Origin: a virus
Lineage: Duplodnaviria > Caudoviricetes
DNA: 64,000 nt
Direction: 5' to 3' (one strand)
Virus record (IMG/VR): IMGVR_UViG_3300022719_000071
Location: 224,001 to 288,000 of that record
Positions 28,288 to 37,335 of the stretch are shown here, in pieces (the first letter of the stretch is position 1; the number at the start of each line of letters is the position of its first letter). Both the position numbers and the translations under genes were made by a program. The notes under the pieces are model-generated. The model had not been told where the DNA came from and did no database searches. It saw only the letters and a list, made by a program, of their open reading frames with translations.

Positions 28288-28364
28288 CAGGGTATAGCTC
28301 AGACTGGTAGAGCGCTCGTTTCGGATACGAGAGGCCGCAGGTTCAAATCCTGCTACCCTGACCA
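28288..28364 (+). tRNA. trnP: tRNA-Pro(CGG)
   Basis: CTCGT-TTCGGAT-ACGAG; CCA end. Confidence 0.9.
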
Positions 28365-28402
28365 CGACATGGCGTAGCTCAGTCTGGTTTCTAGGTGGAT
28401 TA

Positions 28403-29236
28403 TTACGGGAAGATTCCGAATGCACCAGCGTTATAGTGATTTAAAACCTCTGTTGGTGTGAGCACACGATCATAGATAGCAAGTTCATCCACAATACCTT
28501 CTAGTGCTGTAGCAGGCTGTGGTCCCTGCAACGATCCATTGTTATATTCGTTTCCAATCAAACCTCCTGGTGCTTGACCGGAGACTGGTGTGTATTTAAT
28601 ATCACCAGTCTTGGTATCACTGGCGTCGAGTACTCCGTTGACGTAGAGAATACGACTTCCAGAGGTATATGTTCCAACCACGTGATATATTGAGCCTGCC
28701 GGAAAGACATTTCCTTGAAGGTAAGCATTACCTGCGGTGTTTTGGTTAGGACCATCAACGGTACCGAGATAGAAACGGAATGTACCAACGTTAAATCCGT
28801 AAATTAATTTGTATCCAGAGAAATCCAAAGTGCTCCCTGAAGCGTATTGAATGAGCGCTTCGTTCACATTGGGTGGTTTACACCAACATTCGATGGAAAC
28901 CGTCTTGGTTGGTTCCAAGATGGAACTCTGACCAAAGTTCCAATGGTCTGCTAGGGCGTTGTTACCCCCGACTGCTCCATCATTATCTGAAGCACCAGAA
29001 ATTAATCCAGGCTCACCGTAACGCATAGGAGCACCATTCTCAGTAGCTGTGAAACCATTACCCGAAGAATCAGCCAAAGTAGGACCAGAAGATTCACCAG
29101 CACGCCAGTAAGCAATTGGACCATCTTGTAGAATCAGAGATTCATAGGTCATTGGGCCGGATGGACCCAAACTGAGTATACCGCCGTTACTGACAATAAT
29201 TGAAGAACCGTTTTCGATTATAATTATTCCAGACAT
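28403..29236 (-). CDS. LamG/concanavalin A-like lectin domain virion protein
   Basis: PIAYWR.GE..G.T.ADSSG, SIECW, HVVGTY, LYVNG and GIVDELAIYDRVLT motifs; TAAATA on the minus strand upstream of ATG 29236. Confidence 0.85.
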   Translation of the reverse strand: MSGIIIIENGSSIIVSNGGILSLGPSGPMTYESLILQDGPIAYWRAGESSGPTLADSSGNGFTATENGAPMRYGEPGLISGASDNDGAVGGNNALADHWNFGQSSILEPTKTVSIECWCKPPNVNEALIQYASGSTLDFSGYKLIYGFNVGTFRFYLGTVDGPNQNTAGNAYLQGNVFPAGSIYHVVGTYTSGSRILYVNGVLDASDTKTGDIKYTPVSGQAPGGLIGNEYNNGSLQGPQPATALEGIVDELAIYDRVLTPTEVLNHYNAGAFGIFP

Positions 29237-29298
29237 TTGAAATTTCCAAGTTCTTTTGTTATATTTACTGTTCCATCTTAACAACTCGGTCATTAGTC

Positions 29299-29733
29299 AT
29301 GCAAAACCCAGATCCTCATAATCGAGGCATGGAAGCTGTCAAGCTTGCTCATCAATACACCTGGAGACAACAGAAGAGGCTGTTCCCGGTTACTGTTGGC
29401 ATCCTGACATGGATGATGGGATACAGCTTGCTGACGTTCAGCTTTTTCCCTCTGTTTCAACTCAACATCCTTTCGTGGGTAATACTTATGGCCATTATGT
29501 TTTTGACCAGGAAAAAACTGAACGAAGAATTTCTTGAATACTTGAAATGCCAGAGAATTGGAAAAGAGATGGACTGGAAGACGGTCGTCTATAACGGATG
29601 GTTGAACTATGCTGCCACGCTAATCTGCCTGTATTGGGTTTTGATGATCGCTTGGATTTCGTTCTTTATGCCGGAAGGTGGAATCTATGAACTTTACGAG
29701 ATGGATCCCACCAACAAACCCTTGACTTCCTAA
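29299..29733 (+). CDS. Hypothetical membrane protein
   Basis: Three to four hydrophobic segments. Confidence 0.6.
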   Translation: MQNPDPHNRGMEAVKLAHQYTWRQQKRLFPVTVGILTWMMGYSLLTFSFFPLFQLNILSWVILMAIMFLTRKKLNEEFLEYLKCQRIGKEMDWKTVVYNGWLNYAATLICLYWVLMIAWISFFMPEGGIYELYEMDPTNKPLTS

Positions 29734-29752
29734 CCCTAACTACCTATAAATA
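29722..29752 (+). promoter_or_regulatory. Composite promoter TTGACT-N17-TATAAATA
   Basis: Exact architecture match to the other RNA-island promoters. Confidence 0.75.
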
Positions 29753-29948
29753 CAACATGCAACGACGGTATCCTGTCGCATTGTGTTTACCATCATAAAG
29801 TGTGCACACTTTATTGATGAGAATGAGGCTTTTTATGTGAGATTTTGCGCCTCGTGTTATGGACATAATAAGTTTGTCATAGCACACCAGACATTGAATC
29901 TGGGTAAGCAGCAACCTATTCATTCATTAATGGGAATGAAGTTGTACC

Positions 29949-30022
29949 AGCTTAATGGTGGAATGGTTAGACACATCTGGTTTAAAACTAGACACATTGC
30001 AGGTTCGAATCCTGCTTAAGCA
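29949..30022 (+). tRNA. Atypical or degenerate tRNA-Leu(UAA)
   Basis: Leu-type D-arm; TCTGG-TTTAAAA-CTAGA; good T-arm, but 6-bp acceptor, short variable loop and no CCA. Confidence 0.5.
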
Positions 30023-30102
30023 ATTGGATAAATCATCACCGTGACTGCGATGGAGGATACATACGCAGATATCGATGGAAGTTCGATAAAATTGCAGACA
30101 CT

Positions 30103-30181
30103 CAGGGTATAGCTCAGTCTGGTCAGAGCGCTGGTCTTGGGAACCAGAGGTCCGCAGGTTCGAATCCTGCTACCCTGACCA
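30103..30181 (+). tRNA. trnP: tRNA-Pro(UGG)
   Basis: CTGGT-CTTGGGA-ACCAG; CCA end. Confidence 0.92.
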
Positions 30182-30314
30182 AATCTTGTACTAAATGCTT
30201 ACAAGAAAAGTCGTTAACCGAATTTCCGGATTAGGAGTCGATCCAAAGGGACTTATCAATCATGGTGTAATCGGCACATATTCAGAACTCATGGATATTC
30301 AACGGGAGATCCGA

Positions 30315-30659
30315 ATGAACATTTCAATGCTACTCAGGGCACTCCTGGGCGCACTGCTTCTAACGACAATGTCCGTTCAAGCGGACGAGCCCAAGACACT
30401 TCATCAATACCTTCTGGTGTCCGAGGTTGACTTCGTTCTAAATCATAGCACTCGTGTGCTCATCGTATTAAGTCCTGGAACCACAGGATGGACAACTCCA
30501 ACAGAAGCTTGTGCTGGCGTATCAAAGTTTGATACGATTGTTCGTAAGGTCGTCTTCACCGACGCCAGCACTACAACAGTTTCTACAGATCTTGTTTGGA
30601 ATTCTGACACACGAACCCTAACCAATCTTGGTGGCCGTAATGAAGCTACCTGCAACTAA
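30315..30659 (+). CDS. Secreted hypothetical protein
   Basis: Signal-peptide-like MLLRALLGALLLTTMSVQA|DE; GGGAG RBS. Confidence 0.6.
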   Translation: MNISMLLRALLGALLLTTMSVQADEPKTLHQYLLVSEVDFVLNHSTRVLIVLSPGTTGWTTPTEACAGVSKFDTIVRKVVFTDASTTTVSTDLVWNSDTRTLTNLGGRNEATCN

Positions 30660-30669
30660 GGACCAACAC

Positions 30670-31053
30670 ATGAAACTTCAAGTATTGGCAGCCGCAGCAC
30701 TAGCGGCAACAGCATTCGTCGCATCGGCTGGTGAATACCGCAACGACTATTCACGTGGCGACATGGGAATGGGTTCCGGAAACACCCAGACTATTACCAT
30801 CACCGGGAACGGTGATGGTGGCGTTACAGTCCGTCCGATTTCCTCGTTCATTCTTCCGATTTCCCCGTTCATCCTCTCCAACCCTCGTCAGGCATGCCGT
30901 TACCCAAGCAATCTGTATCGAGCTGGCGATCATTGCCTCGTTCCAGGTGAACCAGAGGCACCGAAGACTGCGCCTGTAAAGGTAGAAGAGCCTCATCCTC
31001 CTGTAGTGGAACCGCTCATCCCTGTCGCCCCTGTAAAGCCTGAGAACGGCTAA
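30670..31053 (+). CDS. Secreted Pro-rich hypothetical protein
   Basis: AAGGA RBS; signal peptide MKLQVLAAAALAATAFVASA; Pro-rich tail. Confidence 0.65.
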   Translation: MKLQVLAAAALAATAFVASAGEYRNDYSRGDMGMGSGNTQTITITGNGDGGVTVRPISSFILPISPFILSNPRQACRYPSNLYRAGDHCLVPGEPEAPKTAPVKVEEPHPPVVEPLIPVAPVKPENG

Positions 31054-31062
31054 GGATGTGTT

Positions 31063-31827
31063 ATGCGGGCGCTGTTGGCTTTAGTGCTTCTCCTTAAGTG
31101 CGTCGAAGTAGCTGGCAGCGTACAGTTCCACGAGCGACCGGAGGTTAGGGAACACCTGACCTCCGGTCCTGTAATCATTGTAAACATACCAGAATTCAAG
31201 CTTAGACTCTATCGTGATGGAGAGCTTCAGCTTGAGTCTCGTGTTATCCTCGGCAAAGAAACTAGACAGACACCCGAGATGGTGGCCGAGATCCAGCACG
31301 TCATACTGAACCCGTACTGGAACATTTCGAACAAATTGGCTCGTGCCGATATCCTACCTCGATACGTGAAAGACCCCAAGCGTCTTGAGAGAGATGGATA
31401 CCAACTAGTCAGTGGGTGGAACCCTGACTCCAGAGTAGTCGATCCACTGAAGGTTGACATCGGGGCTTGCGTAAGGACCGGAGACTGTTCTTTCAGAATC
31501 CGACAAACACCAGGGGATCATAATTTCCTTGGTGCTGTGAAATTCTCCATGCCAAACCCCTACAACGTGTACATCCATGATACACCAGCCAAGCATCTTT
31601 TCTCAAGAAAGAAAAGAACCTTCAGTTCCGGTTGCATTCGTACTGACTCTCCGATTGAGTTAGCTATTCATTTATTGGGGAAATCGAGAGCCGATGTAGA
31701 ATCGAGAATTGCATCTGGGACTCGACAGGAAATCTACCTAGAAACTCCAGTTAAGGTGGTGGTCGTAAACATCATGACGCCCGATGGAATACCCGTGTAC
31801 CCGACCAAAATGGTGTACGATCAATGA
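31063..31827 (+). CDS. L,D-transpeptidase (YkuD domain, YcbB/LdtD-like)
   Basis: VNIPEFKL, VILGKETRQTP, NPYWN, PGDHNFLGAVKF and YIHDTP...SSGCIR catalytic His/Cys. Confidence 0.88.
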   Translation: MRALLALVLLLKCVEVAGSVQFHERPEVREHLTSGPVIIVNIPEFKLRLYRDGELQLESRVILGKETRQTPEMVAEIQHVILNPYWNISNKLARADILPRYVKDPKRLERDGYQLVSGWNPDSRVVDPLKVDIGACVRTGDCSFRIRQTPGDHNFLGAVKFSMPNPYNVYIHDTPAKHLFSRKKRTFSSGCIRTDSPIELAIHLLGKSRADVESRIASGTRQEIYLETPVKVVVVNIMTPDGIPVYPTKMVYDQ

Positions 31828-32333
31828 TACACATTCGACCAGCGAAGAAGTTTGAGCGCAAGAATATTGTAGAACTTGCGAGTGAGCAATTCGGTGATGG
31901 CTACCTCGTCCGAAAGGAACTAGACATCGACCGGTACATCGTACTGTACGTTGATGACGATTTCTCTGGTTTTGTGAATACTGACTTCTACTCAAAAGAG
32001 GAGTGGGACGAGCCGGGTAATGAGGGTGCTGGAATGATTGAGACCATTGCTGTTAAGACAGCATACCAACGTCTTGGATTGGGTACGGCGCTCATCGGAG
32101 TAGCCAAGGCTGACTTAATCCTAGGTGGCGCAACGGCCATCTATTGCTACGCTGCCAATTGGTCCGACCTCGATGGGTTTGCTCCGGTTGCCTCGCCACT
32201 ACAGAACAATGGCTTTAAGGTGAAGGACTTTCTACCCAGGATGTGGAAGGATGACCCACCCGGCTACAAGTGCCGTGCCTGTGGGTATCCATGTAATTGT
32301 GATGCTACTCTGTACGTTTGGAAGCGAGGCTAA
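31824..32333 (+). CDS. GNAT acetyltransferase with Cys-rich C-terminus
   Basis: IAVKTAYQRLGLGTAL acetyl-CoA motif; CRACGYPCNC. Confidence 0.8.
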   Translation: MIHIRPAKKFERKNIVELASEQFGDGYLVRKELDIDRYIVLYVDDDFSGFVNTDFYSKEEWDEPGNEGAGMIETIAVKTAYQRLGLGTALIGVAKADLILGGATAIYCYAANWSDLDGFAPVASPLQNNGFKVKDFLPRMWKDDPPGYKCRACGYPCNCDATLYVWKRG

Positions 32334-32356
32334 ATACATTTAATTGGGGAATGTAA

Positions 32357-32842
32357 ATGCCGGATAAAGAGTTCGATCCAAACAACACCATCATCAAGAA
32401 AATCACCCACAACCGTGGGATGAACTGGATGGCCATCCTTGGTGGCATTGGAACTATAGGTGCCGCTCTAGTTGCTATCAACGCTTTCACCGGACTTAAC
32501 CTTCGTCCTGCTTGGGGCTTCGAAGTAGACAAATTGATGCAGCAACAAGGTCGTGTGGAAACTATCTTGCAAAAGACTAACGACCAGCTAGAGGGAGCAG
32601 CACAACATCTGCTTCGACTTAACAAAGAACAGCTTCAACTGAAAATCAAGCAAATTGAACTGGACCGTAGGGAGGCTCGTCGTGAGCTAACCGAGCTTCA
32701 GTTGCAACGAGAAAAGCACAGAACCGCTGGAACATCGGTTCCTAATTTCATCTCTGCTGGAATTTCTGATACTCAGGAACGTATTCGCCAACTAGATGAA
32801 GATAAAGCTGACGCCCAAACCAGACTGCTTCAACTACAGTAA
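32357..32842 (+). CDS. Membrane-anchored coiled-coil protein
   Basis: One TM segment followed by heptad repeats; TAAATA upstream. Confidence 0.55.
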   Translation: MPDKEFDPNNTIIKKITHNRGMNWMAILGGIGTIGAALVAINAFTGLNLRPAWGFEVDKLMQQQGRVETILQKTNDQLEGAAQHLLRLNKEQLQLKIKQIELDRREARRELTELQLQREKHRTAGTSVPNFISAGISDTQERIRQLDEDKADAQTRLLQLQ

Positions 32843-33547
32843 CCAACGTGGACGACGCAGAAGAACTCTGGTGAGTCCGTTTGGAACATCCTCTTTGATG
32901 TCTTCAACCAAACAGAAGTGTTTACAAAGAAACTCGATATCCTCATTTGAATTTACATCAACGAGAACCATCGATCCGCTGTGAAGTGTGGATGCTATGG
33001 CTTTCCAATATTCATCCTTTGCAATCCCGGTCATCCAACTATCCGTGGCAATTACGAAATCGATTGATCTAAAGTTGGCAATGACTTCTGGTGATGGAGC
33101 AATAATGTTCAGGTGTCGGTTCTCAATGCCGTTTCGAAGCATGAAATCAGCTAGGACACGCTGGTCGTTAGTAAATGGAAACTCATCATCTTCACCACGG
33201 ACTGTCAGCATATTATTCATGCCGGTAGGAGAGATACCATCAACTAGGTAAAGGATTGGCTTGTGATATGACTGTCTGTAGATAGACAGCCCGAATAGAC
33301 CAAGCCCACATCCAACATCCAGAATGGTTTTGATGCATGGTTGCCCGCCAAGGTGATCAAACAAAATGCGTGCAGAACGTTCTACATATCCACGGAGCTT
33401 GTCTCGTGTTTGAGCGCAGAACTTTTCGTTCTCCATTACCTCTTTCTTGGTTGTAGGCTTTACATCAAAATAACCGTCACTGGTACCTTGCTGATACCAT
33501 ATGACGGCTGCTTCTCTCGGAAAGAAAAATGGTAACTGTAGAGACAT
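32834..33547 (-). CDS. Class I SAM-dependent methyltransferase
   Basis: ILDVGCGLG motif I. Confidence 0.75.
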   Translation of the reverse strand: MSLQLPFFFPREAAVIWYQQGTSDGYFDVKPTTKKEVMENEKFCAQTRDKLRGYVERSARILFDHLGGQPCIKTILDVGCGLGLFGLSIYRQSYHKPILYLVDGISPTGMNNMLTVRGEDDEFPFTNDQRVLADFMLRNGIENRHLNIIAPSPEVIANFRSIDFVIATDSWMTGIAKDEYWKAIASTLHSGSMVLVDVNSNEDIEFLCKHFCLVEDIKEDVPNGLTRVLLRRPRWLL

Positions 33548-33756
33548 TTACTTTACAGACTTCTTCAGGTTCTTAATCTTGGTTACCGCAGTATTCCAAC
33601 ACTTCTTCCAAAACTCGTTGAATGCGGTACCGACTACGATACCAACAATTAAAAATAGTAGCTCTTCCATGGTATTCTCAGGTAGGCTTTGATATTTCCA
33701 ATATGGTATGATAACTCCTTGACATCAAGGGGCAATCTTTTATATACCTATTACGA

Positions 33757-33987
33757 TTGGAGCCCAATATGACACACGATGATTTCTTGAAGAAACGTGG
33801 ATTGTTGGTTGAAACTGGTCTGACGCACGACCAGCTTGCTGTGATGATGATTCGAACGGATGGTAGGTGCGTGTGCCAGTCGTGCGGGAAAAAATACCGT
33901 GAACATCCGTACGCTACCGAGGCTAGGAATTGGGATGGTGAAGTCTATCTACATGTGATATGTGGTGGGATGATTGTTAAGTTATGA
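33757..33987 (+). CDS. Small Zn-binding hypothetical protein
   Basis: CQSCGKKYREH...LHVIC; TTGACA-type promoter at about 33719. Confidence 0.55.
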   Translation: MEPNMTHDDFLKKRGLLVETGLTHDQLAVMMIRTDGRCVCQSCGKKYREHPYATEARNWDGEVYLHVICGGMIVKL

Positions 33988-34271
33988 GGTACTTGCATTT
34001 CATCGTTAGAAAAAACAAATATGTCCCGGAGGTTGGCGATCTGTACAGTTTCACCGAAGATGGAGTTATTGGTATTACAACGTTTGCGTTTGTGAAAGAA
34101 CCACCTACTTATATGTCATTACCTACGGGTAGAGAAGGTCTTCTTGACACCATCAACTTCACATTTCAAGCATTGACACAGGCAGAGTTCGAGACCTATA
34201 TTGAGTTTCAATTGTTTCCTCTAAGAGACTCAGACTACTTCGTGATTACGAATGGAACCCCAAGGCCATGA
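33984..34271 (+). CDS. Hypothetical protein (putative paralog family A)
   Basis: QALTQAEFETYIEFQLFPL. Confidence 0.55.
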   Translation: MRYLHFIVRKNKYVPEVGDLYSFTEDGVIGITTFAFVKEPPTYMSLPTGREGLLDTINFTFQALTQAEFETYIEFQLFPLRDSDYFVITNGTPRP

Positions 34272-34900
34272 GTTCAACTAACCGTAGTGCTGCTCGAAGT
34301 AAGGAGCGAAAGGTTAATCAGGATTACTATGTTACTCCTAAATGGGCTGTACGTGAATTCATGTTGGCTTGGAATGAAAACACCCAGATCTTGAGCTACC
34401 TCAGAAATCCTCATGCTGAGGCGATGATCATGGACCCGTGTGCGGGTGGTGATATCAACAATGATATGACTTATCCAAAGGTTCTGGGTGAATGGGGTAT
34501 TCAGCCTCTTACCATGGACATCCGTGAAGACTCTCGTGCCATGGTGATTGCCGATTATCTCGTTACCGATGTTGGCGAGCAGTTTGATCTCATTATTACC
34601 AATCCGCCATTCAATATTGCACAGGACATTATCGAGAAGGCACTAACAGATTGTGCTGATGACGGGTTTGTGGTTATGCTTTTGAGGTTGAACTTTCTTG
34701 GTGGTCAGGCTCGTGCCCCGTGGCTAAAGCAATACATGCCGAGTGATATCTACGTACATACAAAGAGGATGGGCTTCAATCCGGAAAAGCCAAGCGCAAC
34801 GGATAGCATCGAATACGCTCACTTCATTTGGATCAAAGGCGAGACTCCGGGATATGCACGAACACATACCATCATCCATGACAGTAAAAATCATTCATGA
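34268..34900 (+). CDS. DNA N6-adenine/N4-cytosine methyltransferase
   Basis: QDYYVTP, MDPCAGG and catalytic IITNPPF motifs. Confidence 0.85.
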   Translation: MSSTNRSAARSKERKVNQDYYVTPKWAVREFMLAWNENTQILSYLRNPHAEAMIMDPCAGGDINNDMTYPKVLGEWGIQPLTMDIREDSRAMVIADYLVTDVGEQFDLIITNPPFNIAQDIIEKALTDCADDGFVVMLLRLNFLGGQARAPWLKQYMPSDIYVHTKRMGFNPEKPSATDSIEYAHFIWIKGETPGYARTHTIIHDSKNHS

Positions 34901-35218
34901 AACGGGTGAGATAGGTATCTCTGCGCCTCAACGTGGTGGACCATTCCGTGATCAACTTCTAAAGGGATATCTTGAGAAAAAATTGCTAGAGCAGTTGGTT
35001 CTGAAAATCGATAGCGTGAAGTATGATGTCCCATACACTAGTGACGGAATGACTACTGCTGATTTCTTCAAGCATATTCAGGTTTGTATTGACCTACATG
35101 AAGCATTTTACAAAGATGGATTAAACACCTGTTGATATGAAAGTCATTATCAATGTTCTTGGCACGTCTGGAAAACTACCCACATAAAGAAAATTCTTAA
35201 TATTTCCTCAAGAAAAAG

Positions 35219-35248
35219 CTTGACAGTGGGGTGCGGTTTTGATATACT
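35219..35248 (+). promoter_or_regulatory. Sigma70-type early promoter TTGACA...TATACT
   Basis: Near-consensus -35 and -10 boxes ahead of a GC-rich gene block. Confidence 0.7.
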
Positions 35249-35296
35249 GTTTGCGTCTGGTGAAAACTGGACGACGAAATCAACCGGAGATCCTAC

Positions 35297-35527
35297 ATGA
35301 CCCCTAGCGTTGCCGAGATGATTGACCAGATCACCGCCCGCCGCAAGGCTGCGGCTTTTTGGGTTGCCGCTTGCGGAGGTTCCGAAACCCCGTTCACGTG
35401 CCGTGGTCGTCGTCTTCTCTACGTTTGGAACGGTCTCACTGGCGATCTCTGTGAGCATGCCTACCTGGATCTGGACACGGACATGATCCTGTCAGTCGAA
35501 GAAGAGGAAGCTCTGGGGCTCCGGTGA
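35297..35527 (+). CDS. Hypothetical early protein
   Basis: CGGAG RBS; resembles the recurring small phage family E.PF..RG.R.LY.W. Confidence 0.6.
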   Translation: MTPSVAEMIDQITARRKAAAFWVAACGGSETPFTCRGRRLLYVWNGLTGDLCEHAYLDLDTDMILSVEEEEALGLR

Positions 35528-35646
35528 TGAAGACGGCAAGGAATTTCGTGCATCGAGTCTTGTGAGACCGATTACATGAAATTCTACTGCCCGGACCTGT
35601 ACGTCAGTGCTAACAAGGGTTTCGGCTACAAACTCACGAAGGAGTC

Positions 35647-36204
35647 TTGAACATGGGTGTCTACATCTACTCTCTCCGCAAAAAGCACAAAGAGTGCGAT
35701 CTGATGGGCATCACGCCGATCAAGGTTATCTCTTTCGAGTTCGCCTATCGAGACTCCCACGTGTGGCCCGGTGACCCCGGACATCGTGCGTACGCAGCCC
35801 TGGTGGGTCGTACGAAGTCGAACGCTATTCGTGCACAAGCCTACTACTTCGATGCTGCCCAGGACGAGTATGGAACTTCCGATGTTCCTTACTACATCGT
35901 GTGGGGCGGCTTCGAGGACGGCAACACGGTCTACGAGACTAAGAAGGGTTTCCTGCCCACCATCCAGGCTGACACTCAGGATCTTCGCAACTCCAATGTG
36001 ATCGGAAAGCTTTTCAAGGTGGACCGTCGCTGGACCATCGAGATGAAGTGTCCCGGTCACATCTGGAACTACGAGAGCGTGAAGATGGGCGACTTCCGCA
36101 ATAACCAGGGTCTCAAGAACATGCAGCCGGCTCGTTCCTGCAAGCGATGTGATAAGTTCGAATACGCTGATCGAGAGCTTCAGGCGCTGTACGAGCAGCA
36201 CTAG
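35647..36204 (+). CDS. Hypothetical early protein
   Basis: AAGGAG RBS; C-ending codon bias; C-terminal C..C. Confidence 0.6.
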   Translation: MNMGVYIYSLRKKHKECDLMGITPIKVISFEFAYRDSHVWPGDPGHRAYAALVGRTKSNAIRAQAYYFDAAQDEYGTSDVPYYIVWGGFEDGNTVYETKKGFLPTIQADTQDLRNSNVIGKLFKVDRRWTIEMKCPGHIWNYESVKMGDFRNNQGLKNMQPARSCKRCDKFEYADRELQALYEQH

Positions 36205-36274
36205 AGCAATGACCAAAGGGAAGCAGCATAAGCTTCAAGGTAGCATTTATCATTCGTGAAATGGAATATTAATC

Positions 36275-36895
36275 ATGCAGATGAGAGTTTCCGACGCTAT
36301 TGTTAACATCGTGGAGTTCGCTCTTCCGAAGTTCAGCGACAAAGAGCGTATGCTTCACGTGTGTGTGGACGCAAGAATCGTCATTCATGCATGCGACGAC
36401 GATCTCCCGGAGCAGTACCGTGAAGACCGCTATGCGGATGCCCGCATTCACTTCCTGTTCCAGCGTCCCACCGCCTACACCAAGGTGTTCGTCGCCATCG
36501 AGGGCTACGAGTACGCCAATATCGAAGACGGTTCCGGGTACCCCAGAAAGGCATGGGTGCAGATTGAGGGAATGGACGCCTGTGACCAGCAGGTTTACCA
36601 CGCCTCGGACCTGAATAAGCTGCGTTGGGAGATGACCAGCGACCACGACTCCTGCTGGCGTTCCGATGGAGTGGACAGTGTTCTCTTCCAGATCGAGAGG
36701 CAATTGATTGACCAGATCACCGAGGGCGACGACTTCCTTCTCAAGAAGATGCACTGCCATCACAACTTCGACACCTTCTCCAAGCCCAAGTTCGTCAAGG
36801 GTGAGGTCGTGGTGGACAAGGAGGCTAACGAGCGGGACGGGCGAGTGGGAGACAACTACCGCAAGAAGCCGATGAACATCGAGGAAATCGAATGA
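36275..36895 (+). CDS. Hypothetical early protein
   Basis: Long ORF with C-ending codon bias. Confidence 0.6.
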   Translation: MQMRVSDAIVNIVEFALPKFSDKERMLHVCVDARIVIHACDDDLPEQYREDRYADARIHFLFQRPTAYTKVFVAIEGYEYANIEDGSGYPRKAWVQIEGMDACDQQVYHASDLNKLRWEMTSDHDSCWRSDGVDSVLFQIERQLIDQITEGDDFLLKKMHCHHNFDTFSKPKFVKGEVVVDKEANERDGRVGDNYRKKPMNIEEIE

Positions 36896-37107
36896 CCAAC
36901 CGATACCTCGGAAAAGTGAACTCCTTTGACATTTACGTTGACCAAGATGGTGTCGAAGGAGTGTTCATCCCCGTGAATGACGGGTGCACGGTGTTCAACT
37001 TCATGAGCCATCGACCGGTTCCAACGGTCTTGCAATTTCGAGTTACACTTACTACCATTCTCTCTGGAGAAGTTTACACAAGGAAACTCAATCCCGATGA
37101 AACTTAG
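36892..37107 (+). CDS. Hypothetical protein
   Basis: ATGA coupling. Confidence 0.5.
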   Translation: MTNRYLGKVNSFDIYVDQDGVEGVFIPVNDGCTVFNFMSHRPVPTVLQFRVTLTTILSGEVYTRKLNPDET

Positions 37108-37300
37108 TGAAATGATTGCTGACTTAGAGAGGCTGAAGGCAGAGCATGGTGACCTTGAAGTGATGATTACCACCGACAGCGGTACCTACAGTATGGAGTC
37201 AACCAGTACTGAGTACCGGTGTGCCGAAGATGATGAGTATCCCAAAGAATGGGAGATGCCGGGAGGTTTCGAGTTTATCGAAATCTTGGTCCTCGACTAA
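37097..37300 (+). CDS. Hypothetical protein
   Basis: MKLSEMIADLERLKAEHGDLEV, a common small phage protein pattern. Confidence 0.55.
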   Translation: MKLSEMIADLERLKAEHGDLEVMITTDSGTYSMESTSTEYRCAEDDEYPKEWEMPGGFEFIEILVLD

Positions 37301-37335
37301 TGGAACAGAAGTACGACAAGCTGTAAGCTTTCTGC

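Noticed and set aside
35626-36763. Long minus-strand ORFs (35626-36216, 36269-36763 and similar elsewhere)
   Set aside because: Antisense shadows of codon-biased plus-strand genes, with no RBS or recognisable motifs
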